DNA of 64,000 nucleotides. Source: a virus. The DNA is taken from positions 11,939 to 75,938 of the IMG/VR virus record IMGVR_UViG_3300009130_001605; one strand, written 5' to 3'. Positions 10,690 to 20,666 of this stretch are shown here, in pieces; the first letter of the stretch is position 1; every line of letters starts with the position of its first letter. The translations under genes and the position numbers were made by a program. A model generated the notes under the pieces. The model worked only from the letters and a program-made list of their open reading frames with translations, was not told the DNA's origin and searched no databases.

Positions 10690-11360
10690 TGCAATCTTAT
10701 AAATTAACGATATATTCAGGTTCTGAAACAACAAACATTGTGACAGGATCAACGCTAAGTTTTGATGGTGATTATTATTCATACGATCAATCTGGGTTTA
10801 ACCTTGGGGTTGTAACAGAGTTTAATGTTCGACAGTATCTTAACAATCCTAACAATGAAGGTGTTGCAGTTGACTTTTTCACATATTTAACAGCAAACAC
10901 AAGTAATAGTGAATTTGTAGAGATAGCAAATAGTAATAAAAAATTAGCAGATTCATTTGTTGAGTATTATTCAACATCTGTAACAAGTGGCCTAACAACA
11001 CCGATTTCAATTATAGACAATAGTTTAACTGGAACAAGTGCTGTCACTGTCACAAATTATAATTATGATCTTAGTGACGCAGGTTCAACGTCTAATCCTT
11101 TAGGTTTTCCAGACACTATAATTAAGGGCGGTAATAGAATTGGTACTGAAACAGAATCTTTGACAACTTATACTAATGAACAAAGTTTTTTTATTCCAGT
11201 TAAAATAAAAAGAAGTAATTTAGATGTTGCAAGAATTAATTTCTCTGAATTTTCTGAAGATTCTACAAAAGTAATAAATGGTCAAAATGTTTATTTAACC
11301 AAAGGCTTTGTCGATTTAAATAAAAATGAAGACCCAGCATCATTTTGGTATGACAGATAA
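10689..11360 (+). CDS. Ser/Thr-rich structural protein (possibly continues by frameshift to 11635)
   Basis: TAATG-coupled; the -1 frame is open from 11354 into the next ORF. Confidence 0.65.
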   Translation: MQSYKLTIYSGSETTNIVTGSTLSFDGDYYSYDQSGFNLGVVTEFNVRQYLNNPNNEGVAVDFFTYLTANTSNSEFVEIANSNKKLADSFVEYYSTSVTSGLTTPISIIDNSLTGTSAVTVTNYNYDLSDAGSTSNPLGFPDTIIKGGNRIGTETESLTTYTNEQSFFIPVKIKRSNLDVARINFSEFSEDSTKVINGQNVYLTKGFVDLNKNEDPASFWYDR

Positions 11361-11383
11361 GTGGTCTTAATAGAAATGAGACA

Positions 11384-11635
11384 TTGGGCAGATCTTATCA
11401 AATAGAAGTTGGTTTAACCAATGCTTCTATGATAGGGTTTTTTGTAACAGGAATGTATGGGTATGGAGAGAAAATGTTTATAAATGAAAACAATTTAGGG
11501 TGTACCTCAGAAGTTGAGGGTGTAATTCCAGATTGTAGATCGGATTCAACTGACGATTTAAGACAAGATGATGATGGTTTAACCAATACATTTATTACAG
11601 TTTATAACTTTTTCTTCACTTGCCCTGTTGAGTAG
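11384..11635 (+). CDS. hypothetical protein, or C-terminal part of the 10689 gene
   Basis: TTG start only; frame is open from 11354 and overlaps the upstream stop. Confidence 0.45.
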   Translation: MGRSYQIEVGLTNASMIGFFVTGMYGYGEKMFINENNLGCTSEVEGVIPDCRSDSTDDLRQDDDGLTNTFITVYNFFFTCPVE

Positions 11636-11684
11636 TTGTATTTTTTATGCAACATATTTATATTAAAATAAAAACAAATTTAAA

Positions 11685-12563
11685 ATGGCAGTAGGAATAT
11701 ACGGATCGAAAAAATTAGCAGACTCAGATTTTAATGACTTTGATATACTGTATGCTTATAATCCAAACAATCAATCATTAGGTGATTTAGAATTGAAACC
11801 ACTCTTTTCGAACATCTCTAATAATGAGATTAGAAAAATGTCAGGTGCAGACGGACTTTATAAACTTAGGCTTCCTGCTTCTGTTTTTAATAAACTTGGG
11901 TTTTATACAATTGTATTGCAACCAAAAAAGTTTGAAGTTGAAATTGTAGACTGCTCTTTCATTGTTAGCACAGGTGATGACGAAATACAAGTTTCAAAAA
12001 AAGGTATAGTTATACCAGCACTTCAATTTAGAAAAACGGGTGCATTAATCGGTTATCAAATAGAATACTTTGACGATGCAAATCAAAAGATAAAGAATTT
12101 ACACAGAATTGTTACAAGTTCAGATCTTGTTAGTGTTGCTCCAAGTAACTCATCAAACACAGCTGCTTCAACAAATTACAGTTTAGACCCAAGTGGTAGT
12201 TTATTGTTTCTTACACTAACTCCAGATGAACTAAGTCTTATCTCGGATCAACAAAAGGTTGACTTAGGTAGTGCTGGTCAGAAAATACTAATTAGCAACA
12301 CTTTCTTTGACCCTGAGGTGATTGAAATTGAAATGGTAGACCAAACCATTAAAACTCTTTCTCATGCCTTATATGGAAATAATACGAGAGATTTGGGAAC
12401 TGGTGTTTATTCTATATTCGATGAATTTGGAAATCTTTACAAACAGTATAATTTACTGGAAAGAAAAAATGAATTTAACAACGCAACAATAGAAGTTAAG
12501 GAATTGAGGACGAGTATAAATCTGGATCAAAGTTTCTTCAACTTATCACAAGGTATTAGTTAA
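11685..12563 (+). CDS. hypothetical virion protein
   Basis: 292 aa, TATTTATA at 11655, structural context. Confidence 0.65.
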   Translation: MAVGIYGSKKLADSDFNDFDILYAYNPNNQSLGDLELKPLFSNISNNEIRKMSGADGLYKLRLPASVFNKLGFYTIVLQPKKFEVEIVDCSFIVSTGDDEIQVSKKGIVIPALQFRKTGALIGYQIEYFDDANQKIKNLHRIVTSSDLVSVAPSNSSNTAASTNYSLDPSGSLLFLTLTPDELSLISDQQKVDLGSAGQKILISNTFFDPEVIEIEMVDQTIKTLSHALYGNNTRDLGTGVYSIFDEFGNLYKQYNLLERKNEFNNATIEVKELRTSINLDQSFFNLSQGIS

Positions 12564-12623
12564 GTGTTTTTGATAAAGAACCACCTTTAATACATAAAGT
12601 ATTTAAATTATATTGAATCTTTA

Positions 12624-14090
12624 TTAGTTGTAATCTATCCATTTATTATTATCCTTACTCCACATTGTATCTATGTAAGAAGAACCGTCTACGTGAGAAG
12701 TGTTTAATGTTATAGTATTCCCACTATCACCGCTTATAGTAGCACCTTGAAATGTATCAAAGTCGAATTTCTCATCTTGTAAAGAGAAGTCTTTAATAGT
12801 AGTGTCAGACCAGGTTGAACTACCATCTTGTGAACATAACCATGTACCTGCTGAAAAGTCAGTATCTAAGTCTAAATCAAAGTCAGTAATTGTTCTAGAA
12901 TCACCGTCTATAGTTGCTACACCGTTCTTTATAGTTAAAGTATAAGTTTGTCCTACAACAACCACCCATCTTTCATCAATAGTATTAGAGTTACTAAGCC
13001 CCGAAGCTTGTAATTGAACCTTGTTACCTGCACTAATTCTCTGTCTAAGGTTAAGCCAACCTGTATTGGCATTATTGAATTTACCAGAACTTAGTATGGT
13101 CAAGTTGTTAACTACAGTATCACAAACAAAAGTCAGTTCAAGGTCTAAATCATGAAACTTATCTATGACATGATCTACATTTACCTTACCATCATCTTGA
13201 TTGCTACGATTAAAAGTAACCACATAACTGTTCTTTTTCCACATACCATAATTGATTCTTCTCATGCCGTCTACGTGGTTAGTTTCTATATCCCATACCG
13301 TCCCATCACTCCCTATTACCTCGTTTCCTAGACCTTCTCTAAGCTTGTAATCTTCGTTGTTAATAGAAAAACTGTAAAGCTCAATATCAGCGTAGAATAA
13401 ACCTCTCTTACCTATTTGTGAAATAATGAAAGGGGAAGTGCAGGAAGGCATGTTTACAGTAGTACCGTTTACAGTAATATCGTTATCAGTTCCATTGAAG
13501 TTTAATTCTATCGTGTTAATACCACTAATTGCTGACAGCCCTGTGTTAACTGTTGCACTACCTGTAACCCGTAAATACACATTCCCACTAGATAATACTG
13601 TAATTCTGCTATTACTGGCTGAATTACTCTCTGAACAAATATCGAACTGTGTACCAATAGAGTCTAAGTTAAACGTGAACTTTAGTGGTTCATTTGTGTT
13701 GCAAGTTATAGCGGAACTTCTTTTTAGATACTCTTGATTAGCACTATCAAGCTCTAAAGCAAATGATTTCTTTTGCCAAACCTCTGAGTTTAATATTGTC
13801 GTAGATTCGTTTATAGATATAGTAGCGATATCACCAGTTTCACTTTCAATAGAAGCACCAATAGACTCTCCAAAAAGCCAAGTCTTACCCTCAGCTGAAA
13901 AGGATAGAATAACACTTGTCTGCGGATAATCTACACCATTAAAGGTTATCTTACCTCCTGTGACGTTTGTAAAGTCTAGTTTATAGTCATTATGTCTAAA
14001 CCTTGGATTTTCATCACCCAACATAACTTCTCTGTATGGACTAGAATCAGATCTTAATATCCTTTTTTGCCTTTTTACGTTTATTGCCAT
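12624..14090 (-). CDS. putative receptor-binding/fibre-tip protein with repeated LamG-like beta domains
   Basis: Internal repeats ending ..T[NS]HVDG....MW.K; lies downstream of the SHAEG fibre. Confidence 0.5.
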   Translation of the reverse strand: MAINVKRQKRILRSDSSPYREVMLGDENPRFRHNDYKLDFTNVTGGKITFNGVDYPQTSVILSFSAEGKTWLFGESIGASIESETGDIATISINESTTILNSEVWQKKSFALELDSANQEYLKRSSAITCNTNEPLKFTFNLDSIGTQFDICSESNSASNSRITVLSSGNVYLRVTGSATVNTGLSAISGINTIELNFNGTDNDITVNGTTVNMPSCTSPFIISQIGKRGLFYADIELYSFSINNEDYKLREGLGNEVIGSDGTVWDIETNHVDGMRRINYGMWKKNSYVVTFNRSNQDDGKVNVDHVIDKFHDLDLELTFVCDTVVNNLTILSSGKFNNANTGWLNLRQRISAGNKVQLQASGLSNSNTIDERWVVVVGQTYTLTIKNGVATIDGDSRTITDFDLDLDTDFSAGTWLCSQDGSSTWSDTTIKDFSLQDEKFDFDTFQGATISGDSGNTITLNTSHVDGSSYIDTMWSKDNNKWIDYN

Positions 14091-14105
14091 TTTGTTTACT
14101 TTTTG

Positions 14106-15599
14106 TTAAGGTATGTCAACACCATCAATTGATATCCATAATGTGTTGGTTGCAGTATCATCAAATGCTCTTATACCGCCAGTTTGTGTTTTAGAAGGGT
14201 TGTCGGTGTGACTTATTTTTTCATCAAAAACAGTTTGCAAATCCGTTCCACCACTATAAATCACCTCACTCACATCAAGGTTTGTCGTATAAACAGTATC
14301 AGATGTGGAACCTGTTATATTTTGTCCACCAAGAATAACAGATCTTATAGCAGATGATTCTAACTTGTTATTCTGGCCCCCAAGTATTGCTGAATAATCA
14401 GCATTAGTTATAGATCCATTTGAGTGTGCAAAAGCATAAGTTCCGTTTACTAGTGTGTTACCCCCACCTACATGAGACCCTTGTGTAGTTGCAGATGTTA
14501 CACGACCTCCAGCATGAGAAAATGCCCCACTTGCCACTGTTAAATAACCTTGTGCATGAGATCTAGGTGCATTAGCAATTGTTTTATCGCCTTCTGCATG
14601 TGAATAAATGCCACTAGCAGTTGTGTTAAGACCTTCTGCGTGAGATCCTATTCCAGAAGCAGTTGTACCTAATCCTTCTGAGTGAGATCCAACTGCAGTT
14701 GCCGATGTATTGAATCCTTCTGCATGAGAATAATTTCCAGAAGCTAAAGTCTGCCTACCCTCTGCGTGAGAAGCTGTTGTTATTGCAGTTGTGATATGAC
14801 CCTCTGCATGAGAATAATCACCATAAGCAAGTGTATTTCTTCCTTCTGCGTGAGAAGCATCACCAGAAGCACTTGAAAAAAATCCTTCTGCATGAGATCC
14901 ATAAGACCCAGAAGCAGTTGTGCTGTGACCTTCTGCATGTGATGGTCTTCCAAGTGCCTGTGTGCTTTGGCCTTCAGAGTGAGACCAGTCAGCATGTGCC
15001 GTTGTAGATTGCCCTTCAGCGTGACTATATCTACCATAAGCTATTGTACCTGCACCTTCAGAGTGAGCACCTCTGCCTTGTGCCATTGTGACAAACCCTT
15101 CTGCATGAGATCCATAAGACCCAGAAGACAATGTACCTCTACCTTCAGCGTGAGAAGTGTTCGTTGTTGCACTTGTGTTTTGACCTTCAGCGTGAGCATA
15201 AGATCCAGCAAATGTGTTTTGACCTTCAGCGTGAGACCATGGTCCATAAGCTATTGTTTGAAACCCTTCCGCATGTGAGTACCTTCCATTAGCAACAGTC
15301 CCAAAACCCTCAGCGTGAGAATAATTACCACCTGCTGTGTTTCCAGATCCACCAGCAACAAATGAGCTATTCCCACTTGCTATGTTAGATCCTAATACAG
15401 GTTTAATTGAGTTTGTTCCTGATCCAATGATAAACGGTGTAGTGCCTCCACCAGTACTGATTATATCACCAATATCTGTCCCTGCTGAATATATTGTTGT
15501 GGCACTAATGGTGTTAAAGTTTGCAGCTCCACTGAATGCGTCATTTATTGCTTGCCTCCCTGCACCAAAGGTGACTCCCGTAGGTATTAATTCTGACAT
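14106..15599 (-). CDS. tail fibre with YadA-head-like SHAEG repeats
   Basis: About 21 tandem 13-15 aa xxTxAxGxxSHAEG repeats, flanked by IYS[AG]GTD motifs. Confidence 0.8.
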   Translation of the reverse strand: MSELIPTGVTFGAGRQAINDAFSGAANFNTISATTIYSAGTDIGDIISTGGGTTPFIIGSGTNSIKPVLGSNIASGNSSFVAGGSGNTAGGNYSHAEGFGTVANGRYSHAEGFQTIAYGPWSHAEGQNTFAGSYAHAEGQNTSATTNTSHAEGRGTLSSGSYGSHAEGFVTMAQGRGAHSEGAGTIAYGRYSHAEGQSTTAHADWSHSEGQSTQALGRPSHAEGHSTTASGSYGSHAEGFFSSASGDASHAEGRNTLAYGDYSHAEGHITTAITTASHAEGRQTLASGNYSHAEGFNTSATAVGSHSEGLGTTASGIGSHAEGLNTTASGIYSHAEGDKTIANAPRSHAQGYLTVASGAFSHAGGRVTSATTQGSHVGGGNTLVNGTYAFAHSNGSITNADYSAILGGQNNKLESSAIRSVILGGQNITGSTSDTVYTTNLDVSEVIYSGGTDLQTVFDEKISHTDNPSKTQTGGIRAFDDTATNTLWISIDGVDIP

Positions 15600-15635
15600 G
15601 TTTTTATGTTTTAGGTTTAATTATAAATATGGTAT

Positions 15636-17366
15636 TTAATTTTTAATTATATCAAATTCTTTACTAGCCCAAGTGTCAGTTTCATTATCCCAAAGTATCT
15701 CAATATAAAAATCTTCTGAGTAACCTGTTTCTGTTGTTTTGTTTTTGTCCATGTTTATTGTTTGAACATGGGGCTCGTATCCCCTGTAATCAGTTGTCAA
15801 CGTGTACATTCCTGCTGTGAGTCCTGTAAACAAGAATCCGCCTGTATGATCAGAAACTTGCATAATTGAATTACCATCTTGGTAAGTTAATTCTAACGTT
15901 GCACCTGTAACAACACTACCAGTTACAACTCCACTAAGGGAATAATTACCAGGAGTTTCAAGGTTTAATGATTCAGGTGTGAAAGAAGCCTCTATTTCAT
16001 CTACAAAAGGGGAATCTATTTCACCAGACACAAACAACACTTTTGGTGCAACATCTGTTCTACCAGTCATGTTGTCAGAAAATGTTATAATTTTTTGATC
16101 GACATCGAATACATTTCTTATTTTTTTGACATTACCAATTCTGTACATAAAATCCATTCCAGTTTTCAATGGAAAACCTGCTTCTTGTATGCCGTTTTCA
16201 TTTAGGTTTTTTTCTATTTGAAAAATAAATTTTTCACTCGAAGTAAAACCAGTATCTATCAGGTTATATATCACCTCAACAACGGATGAATCTCCATCAC
16301 CTACGTTTGAGTAATAAATTTTTGGTGAGAACGTATTAAGGAAACCTGTCACAAGAGGCTCTTCTATTATTGGCTTGTTGGGTACTGTAAAATATGTAAA
16401 AAAATGACCTTGCACAACTATTCCATTAAATGTTGTAGAAGTTATACTATGCTCTTCTATTGTTGAATTAAAAGGTTCGTATTCTGGTAAGTTTACAGAA
16501 ACTCTAGCAATAGACTCTCCTGAGTGAAAAGGGGATTCATAAAAAGACAATTCTTCAGATGTGGTTGTCGCAGTTACACCTTCTCCAATATCTGGATATT
16601 CTAAATTTTCATTTTCTGTTGAGTTTATGATAAGACTATCAATATTATCTACAGCCATCATTTCAACATCCACGTAGTCACTTGGAGTTTTTTCATAAAA
16701 AGCAAAAGAGGTGGCAACAAAATATTGACATTTATCTTCAAATAACTCTTTTTTATATAATCCAGATGTTGTCCCTGTTGTTTTAATAAATTGACCTGGA
16801 GCATAATCGTAAACTGGCGTTGTCACTCCAGTGGCCGACACTACATCTTCCAAAAAAGGGGTTTCCATCAACTTTTGTATTTCATCAAACGAAACAGTGT
16901 CTAATTTTGAGAAATTTTCAGTTTTACCAGTAGCAGATGTTTCAAGAACTTTTGTGATAGAAGAAATTTGATTACCATCTTCATCGTATAAAGTTTCTTT
17001 TTCTGTAACCAAGTTCTCATGATTAACCCCTTCTGTTTCTTTTTTGTTAAAAAGAGGGCTATAACCTTTATAAGATTCAAAATCTAATTTATAAGTTTTA
17101 TGAACAATTTCTGTTTTACCACTCATTGAATGAGTGTTTCCAGTAAACTCATATCTAATAAATGGAACATTAAGATTTGTAAACAACATATGAGGATCTT
17201 GTGAGTAATAGTTCACGGAACCGCCCAAAGTTGTAAATTTAGGTACATCAAAAGTTATGTCTCTTAACTTATCCTCATTTATATCAACATTTTTGTTGGA
17301 ATAAAAACTTCTTGCAACAGAGTTATTATCTCCAGTCTTTTTTCTGTATTCTTTATTAATTATCAT
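15636..17366 (-). CDS. virion protein with C-terminal carboxypeptidase-regulatory-like domain
   Basis: LSG.V....GATLEL......SD.TGGFLF.GL.AG.YTL at the C-terminus. Confidence 0.55.
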   Translation of the reverse strand: MIINKEYRKKTGDNNSVARSFYSNKNVDINEDKLRDITFDVPKFTTLGGSVNYYSQDPHMLFTNLNVPFIRYEFTGNTHSMSGKTEIVHKTYKLDFESYKGYSPLFNKKETEGVNHENLVTEKETLYDEDGNQISSITKVLETSATGKTENFSKLDTVSFDEIQKLMETPFLEDVVSATGVTTPVYDYAPGQFIKTTGTTSGLYKKELFEDKCQYFVATSFAFYEKTPSDYVDVEMMAVDNIDSLIINSTENENLEYPDIGEGVTATTTSEELSFYESPFHSGESIARVSVNLPEYEPFNSTIEEHSITSTTFNGIVVQGHFFTYFTVPNKPIIEEPLVTGFLNTFSPKIYYSNVGDGDSSVVEVIYNLIDTGFTSSEKFIFQIEKNLNENGIQEAGFPLKTGMDFMYRIGNVKKIRNVFDVDQKIITFSDNMTGRTDVAPKVLFVSGEIDSPFVDEIEASFTPESLNLETPGNYSLSGVVTGSVVTGATLELTYQDGNSIMQVSDHTGGFLFTGLTAGMYTLTTDYRGYEPHVQTINMDKNKTTETGYSEDFYIEILWDNETDTWASKEFDIIKN

Positions 17367-17369
17367 GAT

Positions 17370-20348
17370 TTACACTTCTAATAATTGAGCTGTTTTTGTT
17401 GCAACATCGTAAACAATTTTACCAACATCATCTCCAGTTGAATAATTATTGTTAGTTATGGTTGTTTGTATAATTTTCTTGTCTACCAATATTCCAGTTG
17501 GGTTAATGAAGTTATGTCCATTTCTAACAATTTCACCACCTAAATATGTTTCCATCTCAATGGATATGTTACCAGAATTTATCGTTTGGAATAATGCTCT
17601 CAACCTGATTTCAAAAGATACTTCAAGAGGGAAGTCGTTTTCTAACTGTAAAAAGTTTATTTTAACTGATTCAGTTCCTGTTACCTCTGAGTTATCTGTA
17701 CCCCATGTTAAGAATGGCTCTCCTGTTGACAGCGGACCAACAGTTGTAGGTCCTTCACTCCAACCTACTTCATCGCCATCTATACTGACATTTCCAGTGT
17801 TAACAATTGCAGTTTTTGTATCAAGGTCATTACCTCCTTCTGAAGTCCACTTATACCTAATTACAGCAAAATCGAATGGATCAAAATCGAATTGATCACT
17901 CGAAGTGTTTGGGTAAATCTCAGAGGTTAAACTTATCGGATTTAACACAGAATCAAGTTTTGTTGGCATATTACTAATTACTTGTATAGGGTTTAGTTGC
18001 ATGCCAACTCTAGGTGTCAAATACCCCTTAACTTCAATAATATTTAAATCTGCCTTGTTGTTATCGTTTGTATCTGCTGTTGGTATAACTGGGTACAATT
18101 GTGGATCTAATGGCGGTATATAATCAGCCTGGAATTCAGAACCATCATTTATACCTTCTTTATAGACAAACTTTTGCCTATTAAACAATGTGTTTCTGTA
18201 TTCCGTACCTGTACCTTGGAAAATTGTTGTAGCAGGAATGAGTTGCAAGAAATAATCTTGAAACTGCACCTCCAATAGTTCAATAAAAAACTCTAGACTT
18301 CTAAAGGTTAATCTGTTTGACCTTGGGCTATCGCCATAATAATATGTTAAATATAATTTTTTAAGATTTTGATACCAAAAGCTTGTGTGTTCTTGGTCTA
18401 CCGTTTTTCTAGTTCTTGGATCTGTTGAGTTTGCATAGACATGTTCTGCAAATTCATTAAATGTCATTCCAGAAATAACTCCATAGTCGATTACGTCACA
18501 AAATTCGTAAATATGTTCAAACGGAACTGTTAATGCACTAAATGAGAATGTTGTAGAAGTTGTACCCCACACCCAACAAGTGCCTGTTGATTGAAGCCAG
18601 TGCATTACATCACACTCAATTGCTGCAGCTGGGCTTATACTAACGTCCAATTCTTTTGTATTCAGAATGTGCTCCGTCCCAAAGTAATTTGTGTCACCAG
18701 TTTGAACTTTAATGTTATCAGCTCTCTTAATTGGATCAAATTCTGGTCTCCATTGGTTTATATATGCTTGACCGTCACCTCTTCCTGGTCCACCTTCTTG
18801 AAATATATAAGAACTTGCATCGTAATTTATATATCCGTTTTCATTTATTTTTTTAGGACCACCTTCAATTACAGAATCACTTATCTGAATAAAATCCGTT
18901 TGCCCTTCTGATGGGGCAAAATCACCAGTAAGACCTTCTGTAGAATCTGAAACAACTTTTTTAATATCATAAACAAATTCGTTTAGGTTGATAAGGCATT
19001 CAGGAGCACCAATTAGTTTAAATACAAACTGTAATGCATCTCTTGTACCTTTTTTCTTAAACAGCCAAATAATATTGATTAATATTCTTTTCCATATCTC
19101 AACATTTACTTCAGCTAGTGTTGTTTTGTCCCCTTCTACATCTCCAACCAAATATTCAAACAAATCGGTTTCATTAAAAGATGATGACAATTCCCAACCT
19201 AAAAGATTACTTAATTTGTGTAAAAACTTGTTAGGCAAACTTTCTTCCTCTGAGTAGTTTACGGTATGTGCGAATGCAATAGAGTCAATAAACTGTTTGA
19301 TGTCATCAAACTGCTTAGAGTAAGTCTCTACCAAACTCCTATAATCACCTTCGTCACTATCTTGTTCCAAAAAGTTCTCAGGAACCATTGTCCTAAGCAT
19401 TATACCCGTTTTACTATCATCAACTAATTGAGCAGCATTTAATATGTCTTCTAGGTAAAGTGTGAAATCACCACCTTGATTATCAGGGTTGAATCCATCA
19501 ATTGATCTAGGCCATGGGAATTGCAAGAGGTTTTCTGTGTCTGGTTCTTCTGCACTTGGTATTAAAAACTCCCCTTCCAATACCAATTGTTTTTGAAGCC
19601 TTGTCATTCTGCTTAAAAACAAGTTATGCCTTATCTTTGTAGGTCTTACATAAATAGCATTTGCATAACTACTCGCTGTTACAGAGCTGTCAAACAATAG
19701 TCCTCCAATTCTGAAATTCATGTAAGAAGTTCCAGCGGAAGTTGCAAAAGGTGTGAAACTATAATCTATTATTTCATGTATAGTTTCGTTTCCGAATAAC
19801 TGAATAGCAAATTCACTTGTATCATTTACAAGAGTTGGGTTTGTTGACGTACCTGAGTTTACAACAACTTCGCCCTGATTTGTTGCAGATGTGTAAGGAA
19901 TGGAAAACGAAGATTCAAATGTTGAACCAACTTTTTCAGTTGTGTAGTTTACTATTGTACTACCAGTCCCATTGTCATAAGATAAAACAGCATAAGGAAA
20001 GTTTTCATTTACATCGTTTATTCCTTGTGCAACAGATGTGTAAAAAGAACTAAAGTAAGCGTAACTTAATGGGTCTGTTTTTTTAAAATTTAACTCCCTG
20101 TTATCAACAGAAAAAGAAAGCTCTGGCTCAAAAGTGCTAACATTTAAACTCTCTAATGTACCATAACTGTCGAATGACAGATGTCTACTGTCAGCCGATA
20201 AACTATCGGAATCCGTATTTCTTTGGACTCTAAATGAACCGAATGTAAACAAAGATTCTGACTTGCTTGTAGATATTCTTGTGTCTTCACCAGGTTTTTG
20301 AAAAACCGATAAGGTTTGACCGCTGTCTATTTTGACTAAATCTGCCAT
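17370..20348 (-). CDS. baseplate wedge protein gp7 / P2 gpI-like with C-terminal accessory domain
   Basis: LP..FL..L..LLGW...IW.RIL....LFKKKGTRDAL motif typical of the gpI/gp7 family. Confidence 0.7.
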   Translation of the reverse strand: MADLVKIDSGQTLSVFQKPGEDTRISTSKSESLFTFGSFRVQRNTDSDSLSADSRHLSFDSYGTLESLNVSTFEPELSFSVDNRELNFKKTDPLSYAYFSSFYTSVAQGINDVNENFPYAVLSYDNGTGSTIVNYTTEKVGSTFESSFSIPYTSATNQGEVVVNSGTSTNPTLVNDTSEFAIQLFGNETIHEIIDYSFTPFATSAGTSYMNFRIGGLLFDSSVTASSYANAIYVRPTKIRHNLFLSRMTRLQKQLVLEGEFLIPSAEEPDTENLLQFPWPRSIDGFNPDNQGGDFTLYLEDILNAAQLVDDSKTGIMLRTMVPENFLEQDSDEGDYRSLVETYSKQFDDIKQFIDSIAFAHTVNYSEEESLPNKFLHKLSNLLGWELSSSFNETDLFEYLVGDVEGDKTTLAEVNVEIWKRILINIIWLFKKKGTRDALQFVFKLIGAPECLINLNEFVYDIKKVVSDSTEGLTGDFAPSEGQTDFIQISDSVIEGGPKKINENGYINYDASSYIFQEGGPGRGDGQAYINQWRPEFDPIKRADNIKVQTGDTNYFGTEHILNTKELDVSISPAAAIECDVMHWLQSTGTCWVWGTTSTTFSFSALTVPFEHIYEFCDVIDYGVISGMTFNEFAEHVYANSTDPRTRKTVDQEHTSFWYQNLKKLYLTYYYGDSPRSNRLTFRSLEFFIELLEVQFQDYFLQLIPATTIFQGTGTEYRNTLFNRQKFVYKEGINDGSEFQADYIPPLDPQLYPVIPTADTNDNNKADLNIIEVKGYLTPRVGMQLNPIQVISNMPTKLDSVLNPISLTSEIYPNTSSDQFDFDPFDFAVIRYKWTSEGGNDLDTKTAIVNTGNVSIDGDEVGWSEGPTTVGPLSTGEPFLTWGTDNSEVTGTESVKINFLQLENDFPLEVSFEIRLRALFQTINSGNISIEMETYLGGEIVRNGHNFINPTGILVDKKIIQTTITNNNYSTGDDVGKIVYDVATKTAQLLEV

Positions 20349-20365
20349 TAATGGAGTGTTTTTAT

Positions 20366-20434
20366 TATAAATATCACTTAAAAAGAATTCAAATTAAATA
20401 GTAGGGATAAAAAAGTTTTTAGGAAATATTTATT
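20366..20434. promoter_or_regulatory. divergent pair of putative late promoters
   Basis: Minus-strand TATTTATA at 20366-20373; plus-strand TATTTATT at 20427-20434. Confidence 0.6.
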
Positions 20435-20474
20435 TTAAAAAAATAACTGTTTACATTCCATTAGTTTAAAATAA

Positions 20475-20666
20475 GAAAAAAGAAGTAAACTATCATCAAA
20501 ACCAATAATACAAATGAATATAGATGGATCTATAATAAAAGAGTGGGAAAGTGCAAAAAAAGCATCAGATTTCTTGTATATAAATAAGAACACAATAGTC
20601 AGGTGTTGCAGGGGTGAACAGAAAAAAGGTGCTGGTTTTATTTGGAAATTTAAAAACAAAAAATAA
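20475..20666 (+). pseudogene. NUMOD1/IENR1 DNA-binding remnant of a homing endonuclease
   Basis: KPIIQMNIDGSIIKEWESAKKASDFLYINKNTIVRCCRGEQKKGAGFIWKFK*. The motif begins before the only ATG (20514), with an in-frame TAA at 20472. Confidence 0.75.

Noticed and set aside
14500-15330. CRISPR-like periodic repeats (about 42 bp, CCTTCTGCATGAGA-like)
   Set aside because: Degenerate at wobble positions and in frame; they encode SHAEG protein repeats, as do those at 57460-58030 and 63480-63890.
12624-20348. Invertible segment explaining the minus-strand block
   Set aside because: No flanking inverted repeats or recombinase seen; the block has its own correctly oriented late motifs.
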